Shown: positions 1 to 11,989 of the stretch, piece by piece
Layout: every line of letters starts with the position of its first letter
Position numbering within the stretch: position 1 is the first letter of the stretch
Position numbers and translations under genes: made by a program
Notes under the pieces: generated by a model
Seen by the model: the letters and a program-made list of their open reading frames with translations, nothing else
Databases searched by the model: none
Told to the model about the DNA's origin: nothing
DNA from: Hypanus sabinus
Taxonomy: Eukaryota
DNA length: 64,000 bases
Reading direction: 5' to 3'
Assembly (NCBI RefSeq): GCF_030144855.1
Contig: NC_082736.1
Span: forward strand, 6,758,001 to 6,822,000

Positions 1-2054
1 TATAGTGCCTATAACACAGTTATAACAGTTGCAGTCCCCTCTGCAAGGCATATAGTTCACAAGACTGGGCTGACCAATTACCCGGGAGCCGGCCGGACTC
101 CCCCGTCTCCCTAGTCCTCCCGTTTATAATAGCATATCCACTGTGTCGTACCCCATTGATGCATCTGGAGGAGCCGTCGATATATAGTTCTCGCCTTCAA
201 TTAGGGGAACTTCTTGTAGATCTTCCCTACTTTTTGTCTGAAGGTCTGTTAGCTCCACGCAGTTATGCTCGGTTTCCTCCCCTGTTGATTTCCCGTATAA
301 GAACTGTGCCGGGTTACAACTATTGTTCTTTTCAAAGCTTAAATCATCCCCGACCATCAGAATGGTTTCGTATTTCAGTATGCGAGAGTCCGTCAACCAC
401 CGCTGAGCTTTTTGGGCTAAGAGGGTGCTAACGGAGTGCGGGGTATACACTGTCATTCTTCCCCCAAAGGTTAATTTCCGTGCTTCTTCTACTAGTACGG
501 CTGCTGCCGCTACGGCTTGTATGCACGTCGGCCATCCCCGGGATACCGGGTCTAACATTTTTGATAAAAAGGCCACAGGTTGCCGCTTTCCTCCTTTTTC
601 TTGGGTTAGTACTCCTAACACAGTTCCTTCATTGTTTGTTGCATACAGCTGAAAGGGCTTTTCCAGTGCTGGCAGTGTTAATACCGGGGCCCGAATTAGT
701 TGCCCTTTTATTTTCCTGAACTTCTGTTCTTCTTCTTCGGTCCAGCTGATTATTCCCCGGTCTTCCTTTGCCAATTTGTCGTACATAAACTTCACCAGGG
801 AGGTATAATTCTCTATCCAAATCCGGCAATAGCCCACTAAGCCCAGAAATTGTCTTATTTCCTTCTTTGTCCTGGGAAGCGGTATTTTATTCCCGCTATT
901 CTTTCTGGGGTTATTTGGCGGTGCCCTTTACTGACTCTGTGTCCGAGATATGTTATTTCCTTCTCGACAAATTGCAGTTTCTTCTTGGACACCCGCAATC
1001 CTTTTTCTCCTAGGTAATTCAGGAGTCTTATAGTATCGTCTCGCACTACCTCCTCTGCTTGTCCCGATAGTAGTAGGTCATCGACATACTGTAATAGTTG
1101 GTTCTTTTCGGTACAATGGAATCCAGCCAATACTTGCTCCAGTACCTGTTCGAATAGGTTTGGGGACTCCGTGAACCCTTGGGGCAAGACGGTCCACCGG
1201 AGTTGCTTCTTCCGCCCAGTGAAGGGATTTTCCCATTCAAATGCGAACATATCTCGGCTACCTTCCTCCAACGGGCAACTCCAAAAGGCATCTTTTAGAT
1301 CTATCACACTGAACCATTCATGTTCAGGAGGTATTTTGCTCATTAATGTATAGGGGTTAGGCACTACCGGGTATCGTGTTTGGACTACCGCATTTAAGCC
1401 TCTCAGATCTTGAACCATTCGATACGTGCCGTCGGGCTTTCGGACCGGTAGGATGGGGGTATTAAAGGGTGACATACATTCTTCCAGGAGTCCATATGAT
1501 ACTAATGTCTCAATTACAGGTTGTAATCCCCTCCTCCCCTCCATGGCAATGGGATATTGCCGTCTTCTCACCGGGCGGCTGTTTGGCAACAGGGTGATTT
1601 TCAGTGGGGTGATGTCCAGGCCGCCCCGATTACCTTCTTGATACCAGACACTGGCCTTTATTTCCTGATCATCCTTTTCAGTCATTACGAACAGTTTCAC
1701 CTGAATTTCACCTTGATATGGCACCGTCCCGATCCCTAGCAGTGCCTGCAAATCTCTTCCCAATAAGTTGAATCCGGCTGACGGAAGTAATAACACATCC
1801 TGGATACCTTCCCGGTCGTCGCATTTTATCTGTACATCTTCTATTATTGGGACCTGCATAGTTTTTCCTCCTATTCCGGAAACCTCAATGGTTTTGGTCC
1901 CAATCTTGGTTCCCGGAGGGGCTTGGATTATACTAGTTCTTTCAGCTCCTGAGTCGACCATGAAGGTTACTTCTGACCCTTGAGGACCTAATTTTAAATT
2001 TACCAGGGGTTCCTGTTTGTATCTTGTCCCCAAGGGTTGGGACCCCTGACACCC
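1..2054 (-). pseudogene. pol: ERV-A pro-pol (protease, RT, tether, RNase H N-terminus), split by at least 2 frameshifts
   Basis: ORF 855-2033 (FMVDSGA, VIDLKDAF, LPQGFTESP, YVDDLLL); ORF 124-837; RNase H frame ELYIDGSSRCINGVRHSGYA at ~190-130. Confidence 0.93.
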
Positions 2055-3516
2055 CTATTCTTCTTCCATGAGGGCATAAGCTCGGACTTCTTTTCGATAT
2101 CTTGGGCACTCCCTCTTAAAGTGGCCTTCCTCATTGCAGTAAAAACATCGTGCCGCCCTCCTCATCCTCCTTCCCTCAGTACAGCCGCTTCTCTCTGGCC
2201 TTGCTTCCCTTTTCTCTTTGAGTTTACTTGGCGGATGGTTTGAACCATTACTTTCGCTGCCTTTTTCTGATTTTCCTCATCTCTCTGGACATAGACCTTT
2301 TGGGCCTGTCTAAGTAATTCACTTAGTGGTTTTTCGTTCCAATCTTCCTGTTTCTCAAGCTTCTTCCGGATGTCTTGGCATGCTTTTGATACAAATTCAA
2401 TTCGTATGAATTGTTCCCCTACTGCCGAATTAGGGTCCACCCCCGCATACTGTTGCACATTTTTCCGCACCCTATCAAGGAAATCGGTTGGGCTCTCATC
2501 TTTCCCTTGGTGGTTCCCAAACGCCTTGGCAAAGTTGTGACCTTTTGGCACAGCCTCCCTTATTCCCTTAATGATGTACTCTCGCCACTGTCGCATATTG
2601 CGTCTTCCCTCTTCTGCTTGTTTGTCCCACTGTTTACTGGATATTTCCGGTCCCCCGGTAACTCATTCGGCTGTTCCCTTCCCCAAATTGATATTGCAGC
2701 TTGTCGTATCATTTGCCTCTCTTGTGCAGAAAATAGCGTTCCCATAATCGCATGCATTTCTTCCCAAGTGTAAACATTAGGTCCTAAGAATTGATCCAAC
2801 TGTTCTGCCAGTCCCATTGGATCTTCTAATAAAGTTTTCATATCTTTCTTAAATCCTCGTACTTCGGTACTTGTCAGAGGGACGTTTACAAATCCTGTCC
2901 CTCCTCGTGCTCCTCCCATTGGAACCTCTCGAAGGGGATACATCGATACCTCTTCCCTTTTTGATTCGTCTTTCTTTTTCTTATCTGCTCCTGTCACACT
3001 CCTTGTTTCGATCCTTGCTTTTGCTTTTTCCCTAACATCCCTCTCCAGGTCTATTTCTTCTGTTCCTTCACTTTCTTCACGTCCTCCCTCTGCTCCCGCA
3101 AGGGGCGCAGAAGGCTGGACATAGAGGGGGGTAAATGATCGAGTGGGTCCCACTTCCGCTCCCCTTTAATGCCCAATTTAAAACTCTTTGTTGTTACTCC
3201 TAGCCAGGGAGCCCAACAAAAAGCGTAAGCAATTTCTTCCGGTTTTACATTTGGTTTTGAATTAACGTAAATGTTTAAGGCTTGTCGTACCCAATCCTCC
3301 TCAGACCCAAGCCGCGGCCACCAGACCGCAGGTTTTTCTATCGGCTGTTTCGACCAAATTAAACAGTACTGTATCATTTTTTTTCTTTTGTTTCCCTTTT
3401 AGTCTTCCACATCCCCAATTCTCAAACATTCTACCGAGGGGGCTATCAGGAGGAACCCCCGGGTATGGTCCCGGTCTTTCCGTTTCCTCTTTCTTTTTAG
3501 AGCCACCCCCTCCCAT
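2055..3516 (-). pseudogene. gag: ERV-A gag (MA-CA-NC), frameshifted
   Basis: MGGGGSK start at 3516; CA motifs (PLTSTEVRGFKK, QGKDESPTDFLDR); CFYCNEEGHFKREC knuckle at ~2106-2147; TAG stop at 2055-2057. Confidence 0.92.
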
Positions 3517-3866
3517 CTTATTCCGCTCTTACTTAATCCCGCACCCTTCTACTGCAACAGTAGGCACTTTACCCGGTGCGTCCCAAGGACTTTTATCAGG
3601 AGGACCCCCGGGTAGCTATCCCGGTCTTCTCCGGCCTTACTTATTCCCGCACCCTTCTACTATAATAGTAGGCACTTACCCGGTGCGTCCTGGGGACTTC
3701 CAGTACCAGGTACTGTCCTCTTCTCCCCGTTTACCGCTCTGCGCTGTCCGGATATAACTCGCTCAAGCCGCGCCGGAGCGACGAGCAAGGAGTCAGGGAC
3801 CGCCAAACTCGGCGGGGTGCACCGTCTCCGATGTCCTTCCTCGTGTCCACCGCGGCTGGAGTGTGG

Positions 3867-3884
3867 ATCCCGGACGAGCCCCCA
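3867..3884 (-). promoter_or_regulatory. Primer-binding site, tRNA-Pro
   Basis: Minus strand TGGGGGCTCGTCCGGGAT, the canonical 18-nt tRNA-Pro PBS, 3 nt after the LTR end. Confidence 0.95.
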
Positions 3885-3887
3885 CGT

Positions 3888-4331
3888 TGTCAGAAACACA
3901 CTGAGTCTCAGCAATTTGCAGAACGGTAAACTTTATTTTTCGAGTCTGCAGAGTCGGACCCAACTAGCTCCTGCTAGATTGAGTGCCGAATTACACTTTG
4001 CACAGTTTTTTATACCCTACTTGTTTACGACTTTGTGAGTTGCACCCATGTGAGGTGCAGACATTCTTCCTTAATCTCATTACAAAATTACAAATGTGAT
4101 TACCCTTTGGCCCACTTATCAGCCTCAGCGCATTTTGACCATTATTGTTCAACCGTTAAGCATGTCTTCCCGTTACCCGTATCGCTTCTTTAATCAGCAA
4201 GCTATTGTTTCATCCTGATTTTGCAATTTGGTTTATACGTTGCCCTGCAAGTTGCTTTGCACGCTCTTTCTGTGTCAGCACATTCTAAATGGACTCCTTA
4301 AGTACCGTCTTTAATTTAATCATTTCTCTCA
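3888..4331 (-). repeat. ERV-A 5' LTR (~444 bp)
   Basis: Minus strand TGAGAG...CTGACA; TATAAAA at 4008-4014; AATAAA at 3932-3937; abuts the PBS. Confidence 0.85.
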
Positions 4332-4540
4332 CCTCTTTTTAGCATTCAGGTTGTCCTTAATGTCCTTTGTTACCCATGACTTGTTATTTGAATAACGAAG
4401 GACAGTTCTTGCTGGAACATTGCAGTCCACACCGAAGTTGATGTAACCAGTGATGCACTCTGTGAGCCCATCAATGTCCTCTCCATGTGGCTCACAGAGT
4501 GCCTGCCTGTCTGTCACCTCAAAACAACTCTGGAGTGTCT
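4332..4540 (-). mobile_element. Rex1/Babar-type LINE fragment (EN-RT linker)
   Basis: Translation CITGYINFGVDCNVPARTVLRYSNNKSWVTKDIK. Confidence 0.7.
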
Positions 4541-4545
4541 CAGAT

Positions 4546-4975
4546 CAGTGGTCCCCAACCACCAGGCTGCAAAACACGTGCTGCTGGGCTGTGAAGAACC
4601 AATATGATTTGGTGATATGAAACGATATGAGTCAGTTGCACCTTTCCTCATTCCCTGTCACGCCACTGTTGAACTTGAATGCACACAAGGTCATCAGTCG
4701 GTATGAGTAAAAAACAAACGTCACTTGAGAGTTTCTTTGGAAGAGGTGGTGGGGGACATAAAAGGCCCAATGATGACGACAACGCAGACAGCTGAGGCCA
4801 AGACTACAAAAAAAAAAAATCTTCCTTCAACAGAAAATACGACGAGTCGCACATAAAATATGGCGTTATTGCGACCGGTGACTTGTATGCTCCAAGCCCC
4901 TGTGTGATATGTCTAATGAGGCAATGAAGCCCTCAAAACTGCTTCGGCATCTCGAGTCCCAGCTCCCTGCACTTT
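4546..4975 (+). mobile_element. hAT-Charlie/Buster DNA transposon left end with degenerate transposase N-terminus
   Basis: TIR-like CAGTGGTCCCCAAC at 4546; MSKKQTSLESFF, FNRKYDESHIKYG, NEAMKPSKLLRHL. Confidence 0.8.
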
Positions 4976-5569
4976 GGGCCACAATTCGATAATTACAATC
5001 CTGGAAGTCCTGCTTTTTAACCTATTTTTCAAAAATCACTGTGTAGGACCTGATACCTGCTCGTTTAAACTCTTCCGTGTAGCATGAAGAAAGCTCCCAT
5101 AAACATATTGGCTCCCCTCCTTGGACCTGTCTCACCTTTCCCTCGGGACCTCAATGATCCTCATACCTAAAGCCCTCACCCACCTCACACCAGCTCCTCA
5201 GCCACCACTTTACCTAGGCTTTAGAAGGTGCCAAAGCGCGGTCTGTATATCCTTATATCTGTCTATGTATCCTGTACCTTTATGTGACCGGACTTTCATT
5301 TCCCTCGTGACCCAGGGGAACAATTGTTCTGATGAATTAACCCTCTCGACTGCACCCTCGCCCACCAACTGCTGTGTGTGAGGAAGCTCGCATTGGTCCT
5401 GGGGCCGGGGAGGGACAGACTGAGGTCCTCGGGGATTTGCGGAATGGAAAAGCACTTCCTATAATTTAAAGCAGGAGAAGCAGCAAATTTCCTGAAATCT
5501 TCCAGTTTGTACGTGTTTTATGCCATCTTGGACAATGACTCCCATCCACTCCATAGTACTGGTTAGGCA

Positions 5570-5985
5570 CAGGAGTACATTCAGCCAGAGACTCATTCCA
5601 CCGAGATGCAACATTGAGCATCATAGGAAGTCATTCCTGCCTATGGCCATCAAACTTTACAGCTCCTCCCTCGGAGTGTCAGACAACCTGGGCCAATAGG
5701 CTGGTCCTGGACTTATTTCCACTTGGCATAATTTACTTATTATTATTGAATTATTTATGGGTTTATATTGCTATATTTCTACACTATTCTTGGTTGGTGC
5801 GACTGTAACAAAACCCAATTTCCCCCCGGGATCAATAAAGTATGTCTCTCTGTCTGTCTAGAGTGGATGTGGAGGGGATGTTTCCTACAGTGGGGAAGTC
5901 CAGGATCAGAGGACACAGATAGAGTGGATGTGGAGAGGATGTTTCCTATAGTGGGGGAGTCTAGGATCAGAGGACACAGATGGAG
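5570..5985 (+). mobile_element. LINE 3'-end fragments (Rex-like 3' UTR plus a tandemly duplicated 60-bp CR1 piece)
   Basis: GATCAATAAAGTATGTCT tail; AGAGTGGATGTGGAG.GGATGTTTCCTA..GATCAGAGGACACAGAT present twice (5860-5980). Confidence 0.6.
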
Positions 5986-6207
5986 CTGGGGCGCTTTGTG
6001 TCGGATAGACCGTTGAAATTGGCGGGTGTGGTAAAGTGAAGGCGGAACTGGACGATGAGAGGCCGCTCTCGGCTCTGTCCGTCACTCTGACTCTGTCTCC
6101 TCCCCTCCCCGCCTCTGTCTCTCTGCGCGTTTCTCGGGCAGGTCGGGGCGCTGTGTATAAAAGGAGACATCAGCAGTCGGTTTGTCACTGAGCAGCGACC
6201 TGAGTGA

Positions 6208-6528
<321 letters not shown>

Positions 6529-6561
6529 AAAACTCCCACTTCCTCCCGAACACAACACAAA

Positions 6562-6600
6562 GGCTCTTCTAAGAGCCACCCACCGCCTCACAGAGGGAGC
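6562..6600 (+). terminator. Histone 3' stem-loop plus purine-rich HDE
   Basis: GGCTCT-TCTA-AGAGCC-ACCCA, then CAGAGGGAGC. Confidence 0.95.
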
Positions 6601-6949
6601 CGTGTCCACAACCTTTTAATTATTTTTATCGATATATTTGGCTGAGCTACTTTTGAAACAGATTAATCATTCCGCTTGAAATATATATAGCTGCGATTGT
6701 GCCTTTCCAGGCGGTGATTATCGTGAATGCTGGATGCATTTATATCGATCTTAATCATTCTGTCCATCTCGGACAGAAATCAGTTAAGTCATTTAGAGAG
6801 TCGATTCCGTAATCATGCATTCAAATCTTAACTGAGGGAATTAGATATTAAATGAAACTGAAAATACATGATCCGTGATAGAATTAACTGTAAATAAAAA
6901 GTTATCAGGCTGATGCTCTGAAATTGGCGGGCGGTTCGAAATTACTCGG

Positions 6950-7623
<674 letters not shown>

Positions 7624-7652
7624 GCCCAGCCTACACTCCGAACACCAGAAAA

Positions 7653-7694
7653 GGCTCTTTTAAGAGCCACTACCACGGCAAAGGAAAGGGCTGT
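7653..7694 (+). terminator. Histone 3' stem-loop plus HDE
   Basis: GGCTCT-TTTA-AGAGCC; GAAAGGGCTG. Confidence 0.93.
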
Positions 7695-7804
7695 AGCTTG
7701 CTCATCATTATTGTAGTTGCGATCTGCCCTGCCGATCGATTTTGCGCTAATTGACCCGGAGCATCAGTTCTGGGGTCAGCTGAGCATCAGCGAGGGGTAG
7801 GAGA

Positions 7805-7975
7805 TAATAGACAATGGACAGTAGGTGCAGGAGTAGGTCATTCGGCCCTTCTAGCCAGCACCGCCATTCACTGTGATCATGGTTGATCATATACAATCAG
7901 TACCCGGTTCCTACCCTCTCCCCATACCCCTTGACCCCGCTGTCTATAAGAGCTCCATCTAACACTCTTGAATGC
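7805..7975 (-). mobile_element. CR1 3'-end fragment (also at ~46029-46200)
   Basis: Reverse complement of the CR1 3' UTR seen at 10970-11119. Confidence 0.75.
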
Positions 7976-8626
7976 ATCCAGAGATTGAACGCTTCCCTCC
8001 CTGTCAGGGTCTCATCTGGCCCTTCACTTCTCTCACAAACCTGTTATGTACAGCTGGTGCGGCTGTTACCGTTTTGTTTGCTTTGGACATGGGGATACGT
8101 TCGTGTCCGCTGTGCTTGGAGTGGAGCATGCCGACGCGAGGGGTAGAGTGGGGGGTTTTCAGGGGGGCGGTGACTACCAGGAAATAGTGATTTTTTAAAT
8201 TAGATTTCACTCTCTTGTACATTTTTGATATTGGTGTTTTGTGTAAATTAACAATGTAGTTTTGTAGCTGGGGCCTGCATGAAGGTCAGTCGGCAATGCC
8301 ACCGGGTAGTTTATCATATATCCTCCCGCTGCAGTCCATCCCAGAGACGGATCCCTCTCTCAACACGCCCCCTCCCCTCTCGCGTAGGTTTCAGCAGTTC
8401 CCAATCAACTCAGCTGAATCTCCGCTGGTGTCAATGTCTGTCACTCTCTCCCAGATCGGAGAAGGAATTGGGCCTGAAACTGCCCACATCCCTTATCTCT
8501 CAATCTCAGCTCGGGCATCCGTGTCTCATTTCAGACACCGCACCAAATGTCAGAGGTACCGGCAATCTCGGGTTCCATTGAGAAGTTCTCAATCGGACCC
8601 GGCGCGGGAATCACAACACTCCGAAT

Positions 8627-8665
8627 CAGCTCTTTTCTGAGATGTGGGTGGCTCTGAGAAGAGCC
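8627..8665 (-). terminator. H1 3' stem-loop plus HDE
   Basis: Minus strand GGCTCT-TCTC-AGAGCC-ACCCA ... AGAAAAGAGCTG. Confidence 0.95.
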
Positions 8666-8702
8666 GTTGGGTTCAGATACACACAAATGGTGGATTCTCA
8701 AT

Positions 8703-9350
8703 TCACTTTTTGACTGCTGTCTTCTTGGGTTTCGCGGATTTCGACTTCGGCTTCTTGGCCGCCTTCGTCTTCGAGGCTGCGGCTTTCTTGGGGCTCTTGG
8801 GCTTCGGCGCCGCTTTCTTAGCCGCGGGTTTCTTTGCTGCCGCTTTCTTAGCCGCTGGTTTCTTTGCTGCCGCTTTCTTAGCCGCTGGTTTCTTTGCTCC
8901 TGCTTTTTTAGTCGCTGGTTTCTTTGCTCCCGCTTTTTTAGCCGCTGGTTTCTTGGCGCCAAGCTTCTTGTCGGGAGATTTCTTTGCCGCTGGCTTGTTC
9001 GCTTTCTTCACCACCTTCACGGCAGTTTTCCCTTTACCGGATTTAAAGGATCCCGAAATACCCGAGCCCTTGGCCTGAACCAAGGAGCCGCTTTCCACTT
9101 TCCTCTTGATGCTCATTTTGACCTGGTGGCGACGTTTCGCCACATCGACACCGCTGTCGGCCAGAGCCTTCATGATGGCCGCACCGGACATACCCTTCCT
9201 ATCGTGACAACCCGCCACGATCTTATCGATCTGTTCGCCCAGCGAGGGACCGGTTGGTTTGCTCCGGGCAGCCGCCTTCTTCTTGGGAGTCTTCTTTGCG
9301 GCGGCGGGTGCGGCTGGAGGAGCAGTTTCGGCGGGTGCTGTCTCAGTCAT
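8703..9350 (-). CDS. H1: Histone H1 (215 aa, divergent globular domain, 10-aa KKPAAKKAAA repeats)
   Basis: MTETAPA start; winged-helix GSLVQAKGSGISGSFK; K/A/P-rich tail; stem-loop. Confidence 0.96.
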   Translation of the reverse strand: MTETAPAETAPPAAPAAAKKTPKKKAAARSKPTGPSLGEQIDKIVAGCHDRKGMSGAAIMKALADSGVDVAKRRHQVKMSIKRKVESGSLVQAKGSGISGSFKSGKGKTAVKVVKKANKPAAKKSPDKKLGAKKPAAKKAGAKKPATKKAGAKKPAAKKAAAKKPAAKKAAAKKPAAKKAAPKPKSPKKAAASKTKAAKKPKSKSAKPKKTAVKK

Positions 9351-9424
9351 GTCGGCGACTCTGGTAAATCCTTCTCACAATCAGAACTGAATGAGAAATG
9401 AGGCGAAAGGCGGCGGCGCAGAGC

Positions 9425-9500
9425 AATTTAAAGGCAGCGAGCGGACGGGGCGGAGACATCCTGCTGTCAGCTCCCGGCGGCTTCATTTTTCTGTGTTTCC
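9425..9500 (-). promoter_or_regulatory. H1 promoter: TTTAAA box, GC box, H1 AC-box
   Basis: TTTAAA at ~9427; GGGGCGG at ~9447; minus strand AAACACA at 9492-9498. Confidence 0.8.
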
Positions 9501-9899
9501 CTCTCCTCAAAAACTCGCCGATTCCAATTCAAATCGGACGCTGCGGAGACTCGGACTAGTCCCTGTCCGTCCCTGAGGCCGGAATGTTCGCTGGAAAGAA
9601 AGTTTAATCGGGATTAAAGGCAGCGCTTTCTATTTTAACCCTTTTCATTACTGCATTGCCCGCGTTCTCTCTCCTGATCGTTGACCTGTTCTCTGTTTTA
9701 TGGCTGAAATATTTAATCGAATTAAAACTTTGCGGTTAATTCCCTCTTCGGGACTGAGCTGGGGAGTGGGGCGTTTCCGTAACAGAGAAATCTTTTCATT
9801 TTCTACAGGAGGCGTTGAGAAATCCTACGATGTGTTCGGACTCACAAACACAGTGACACTGGTCTAAGCCGCCCGCTCCTTTAACTCACTCTCTCTGAC

Positions 9900-10075
9900 A
9901 CAATACACACTCAATGCTGACGGAAATCAGCAACTCAGGCAGCATCAATGGTGGGAATAAACAGCCGACATTTCGGGCTGAGACCCTTCCTCAGGACTCT
10001 GGTGGGAGATGCTGTCTGACTTGCTGGGTTCCTCCAGCATTTTGTCCGCGTTGTTCGTGATTCCCAGAATCTCTT
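9900..10075. mobile_element. Penelope terminal-repeat-derived foldback element
   Basis: Arms 9913-9946 and 10008-10041 are inverted repeats; same sequence family as the terminal repeat of the Penelope element at 37829-37970. Confidence 0.75.
9963..9998 (-). ncRNA. Minimal type I hammerhead ribozyme motif
   Basis: Minus strand AGUC-CUGAGGA-A-GGGU(CUCA)GCCC-GAAA-U-GUC-GGCU. Confidence 0.7.
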
Positions 10076-10570
10076 GGCGTTATGCTGACCCAATGTTCAC
10101 ATCTGCACCTTCATCGCATTGTACTGCCGTCAAAATAAAGTGACAGATTCCTTGTCATATAACACGGTGATAAATGATTCTGATTCGAAGGAATTAAGGA
10201 CAACGGACATTGTCTGACCAACCTCTCTGTGTAACCAAGAACTTCAGGTCCGGGAAACATCCTTGGAAATCTTTTCTACACTCTCCCCAGTTTAACCACC
10301 TTTCCTATAACGGTGACAAGAGCTGTACACAATACAAGTGTGGCCTCCAGTCACTTACACAACTGTAACGTAATATCGCAACTGGTATTCCCAGTCCCCT
10401 GACTAATGAAGATCAGCATGTTAAACCCCGTTCTTCACCACCCTGTCTACCAGTGACACCACTTTCAATGAACTGTGTGTGAGAGAGATTTACCCTTAAA
10501 TCTCTCCGGCCCATTACACTCCCTAATGACCGATCATTCACAGTGTAAGTTCTACACTGGTTTGACTTTG

Positions 10571-11119
10571 TGTGCAGTTTTGGTCAACAAATTTGAGGAA
10601 GGACATTCTTGCTATTGAGGGAGTGCAACGTGGGTTCACAAGGTTAATTCCCGGAATGGCAGGACTGTCATATGTTGAAAGATTGGAGCGACTGGGCTTG
10701 TATACACAGGAATTTAGAAGGATGAGAGGGGATCTGATTGAAACATATAACATTATTAAAATACTGGACACACTGAAGACAGGAAGCATGTTCCCGCTGA
10801 TGAGTGAGTCCAGAACTAGAGGCCACAGTTTAAGAATAAGTGGTAGGCCATTTAGAACAGAGATGCGGAAAAACTTTTTCACCCAGAGAGTGGTGGATAG
10901 ATGGAATTCTCTGCCTTGGAAGGCAGTGGAGGCCAAGTCTCTGGATGCTTTCAAGAGAGAGTTAGATAGAGCTCTTTTAAATAGCGGGGTCAAGGGATAT
11001 GGGAAGAGGGCAGGAACGGGGTACTGATTGTGTCTGATCAGCCATGATCACAGTGATTGGTGGTGCTGGCCAGGAGGGCCGAATTGCCTACACCTGCGCC
11101 TACTCTCTATTGTCTATTG
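10571..11119 (+). mobile_element. 5'-truncated CR1 LINE (RT C-terminus, 3' UTR, (TCTATTG)n tail); body absent from unit 2
   Basis: ORF 10572-11027 QFWS..IEGVQRGFTRLIPG..FFTQRVVDRWNSLP. Confidence 0.92.
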
Positions 11120-11989
11120 CAATGTGCACTGCCTCACCATTGAAATGCATTTACCACGCTGTGCTAAATGATCAAGATTGCCCGGTTAAATAAGAAATAC
11201 AGAATAAACTAAACAGTGTAAAAGAGGCTCAGGGAGGGATGTGATTCCAACGGTGAGAATAGGAAACCTGAAACCTGATCCATTCTTGCCTCTTTTACTC
11301 TTTAACTACCTGAAATAAATCCTTATTCCCCTTTATACTATTGGCCAGTTACTTTAATAATTCATCTGTTCTCTCCATATTGCTATTTAGTTACCTTTTG
11401 TTCTTTTTAAGTCCACTGATCCTTTAGCTTCCAGCTAACTTTTGTGATATTCTCTGCTCTCTCATGTTCCTTTATGCTGCCTTTGTTGTTGGTGATGGTT
11501 GCCTCATTCTCCCTTTCAAATATTGTTTCTGCTGAGGGATGAACTGATCCTGCATCTGCCAAATTACTCCTGGAAACTCGAGCTTTTCATACAAAGGTAA
11601 TCTGGTTAATGCTGGGGGAGTCAAAATGCCCGACTGCTGTAAGCCTGTTCCCATTACACCTCTGTGTGATTTACCAACATGTCTGCTCCACAATACCTGA
11701 GCCTATTGGGAGGCCAGCAGTGTAATCCCATCAAAATCACCATTCATCATTCTATTTAAAACCTCTACTTACAAAACCTCATCAAATCCCTCACTTATTA
11801 CTGTAGTGTTGGTCTCATTAATCAAACATACAACATCCCCCCCACCTGTCAGGTAGCCTTTAAATGTTTCCCCTTCACCTTAAACAATTGTTTTGTAAAT
11901 GTATGCTTCCCTAACCTGACACAAAGAGTGATTGCCTACTGATTTTGTAAACCTTTGGATGGTTACCAGACAGCTCCTTAATCTCTCTG

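Larger units (their letters stand above)
1..4331 (-). mobile_element. Endogenous retrovirus A (gamma/epsilon-like): 5' LTR-PBS-gag-pro-pol, running off the left edge of the window; frameshifted
   Basis: LTR, perfect tRNA-Pro PBS, myristoylated gag start, CCHC knuckle, in-frame TAG gag/pol junction, DSG protease, LPQG/YVDD RT, RNase H (YIDGSS...SAQSCEL). Confidence 0.95.

Noticed and set aside
1-4331. ERV-A and ERV-B (55245-60290) as two halves of one provirus
   Set aside because: The LTR sequences are unrelated and their order on the minus strand is incompatible.
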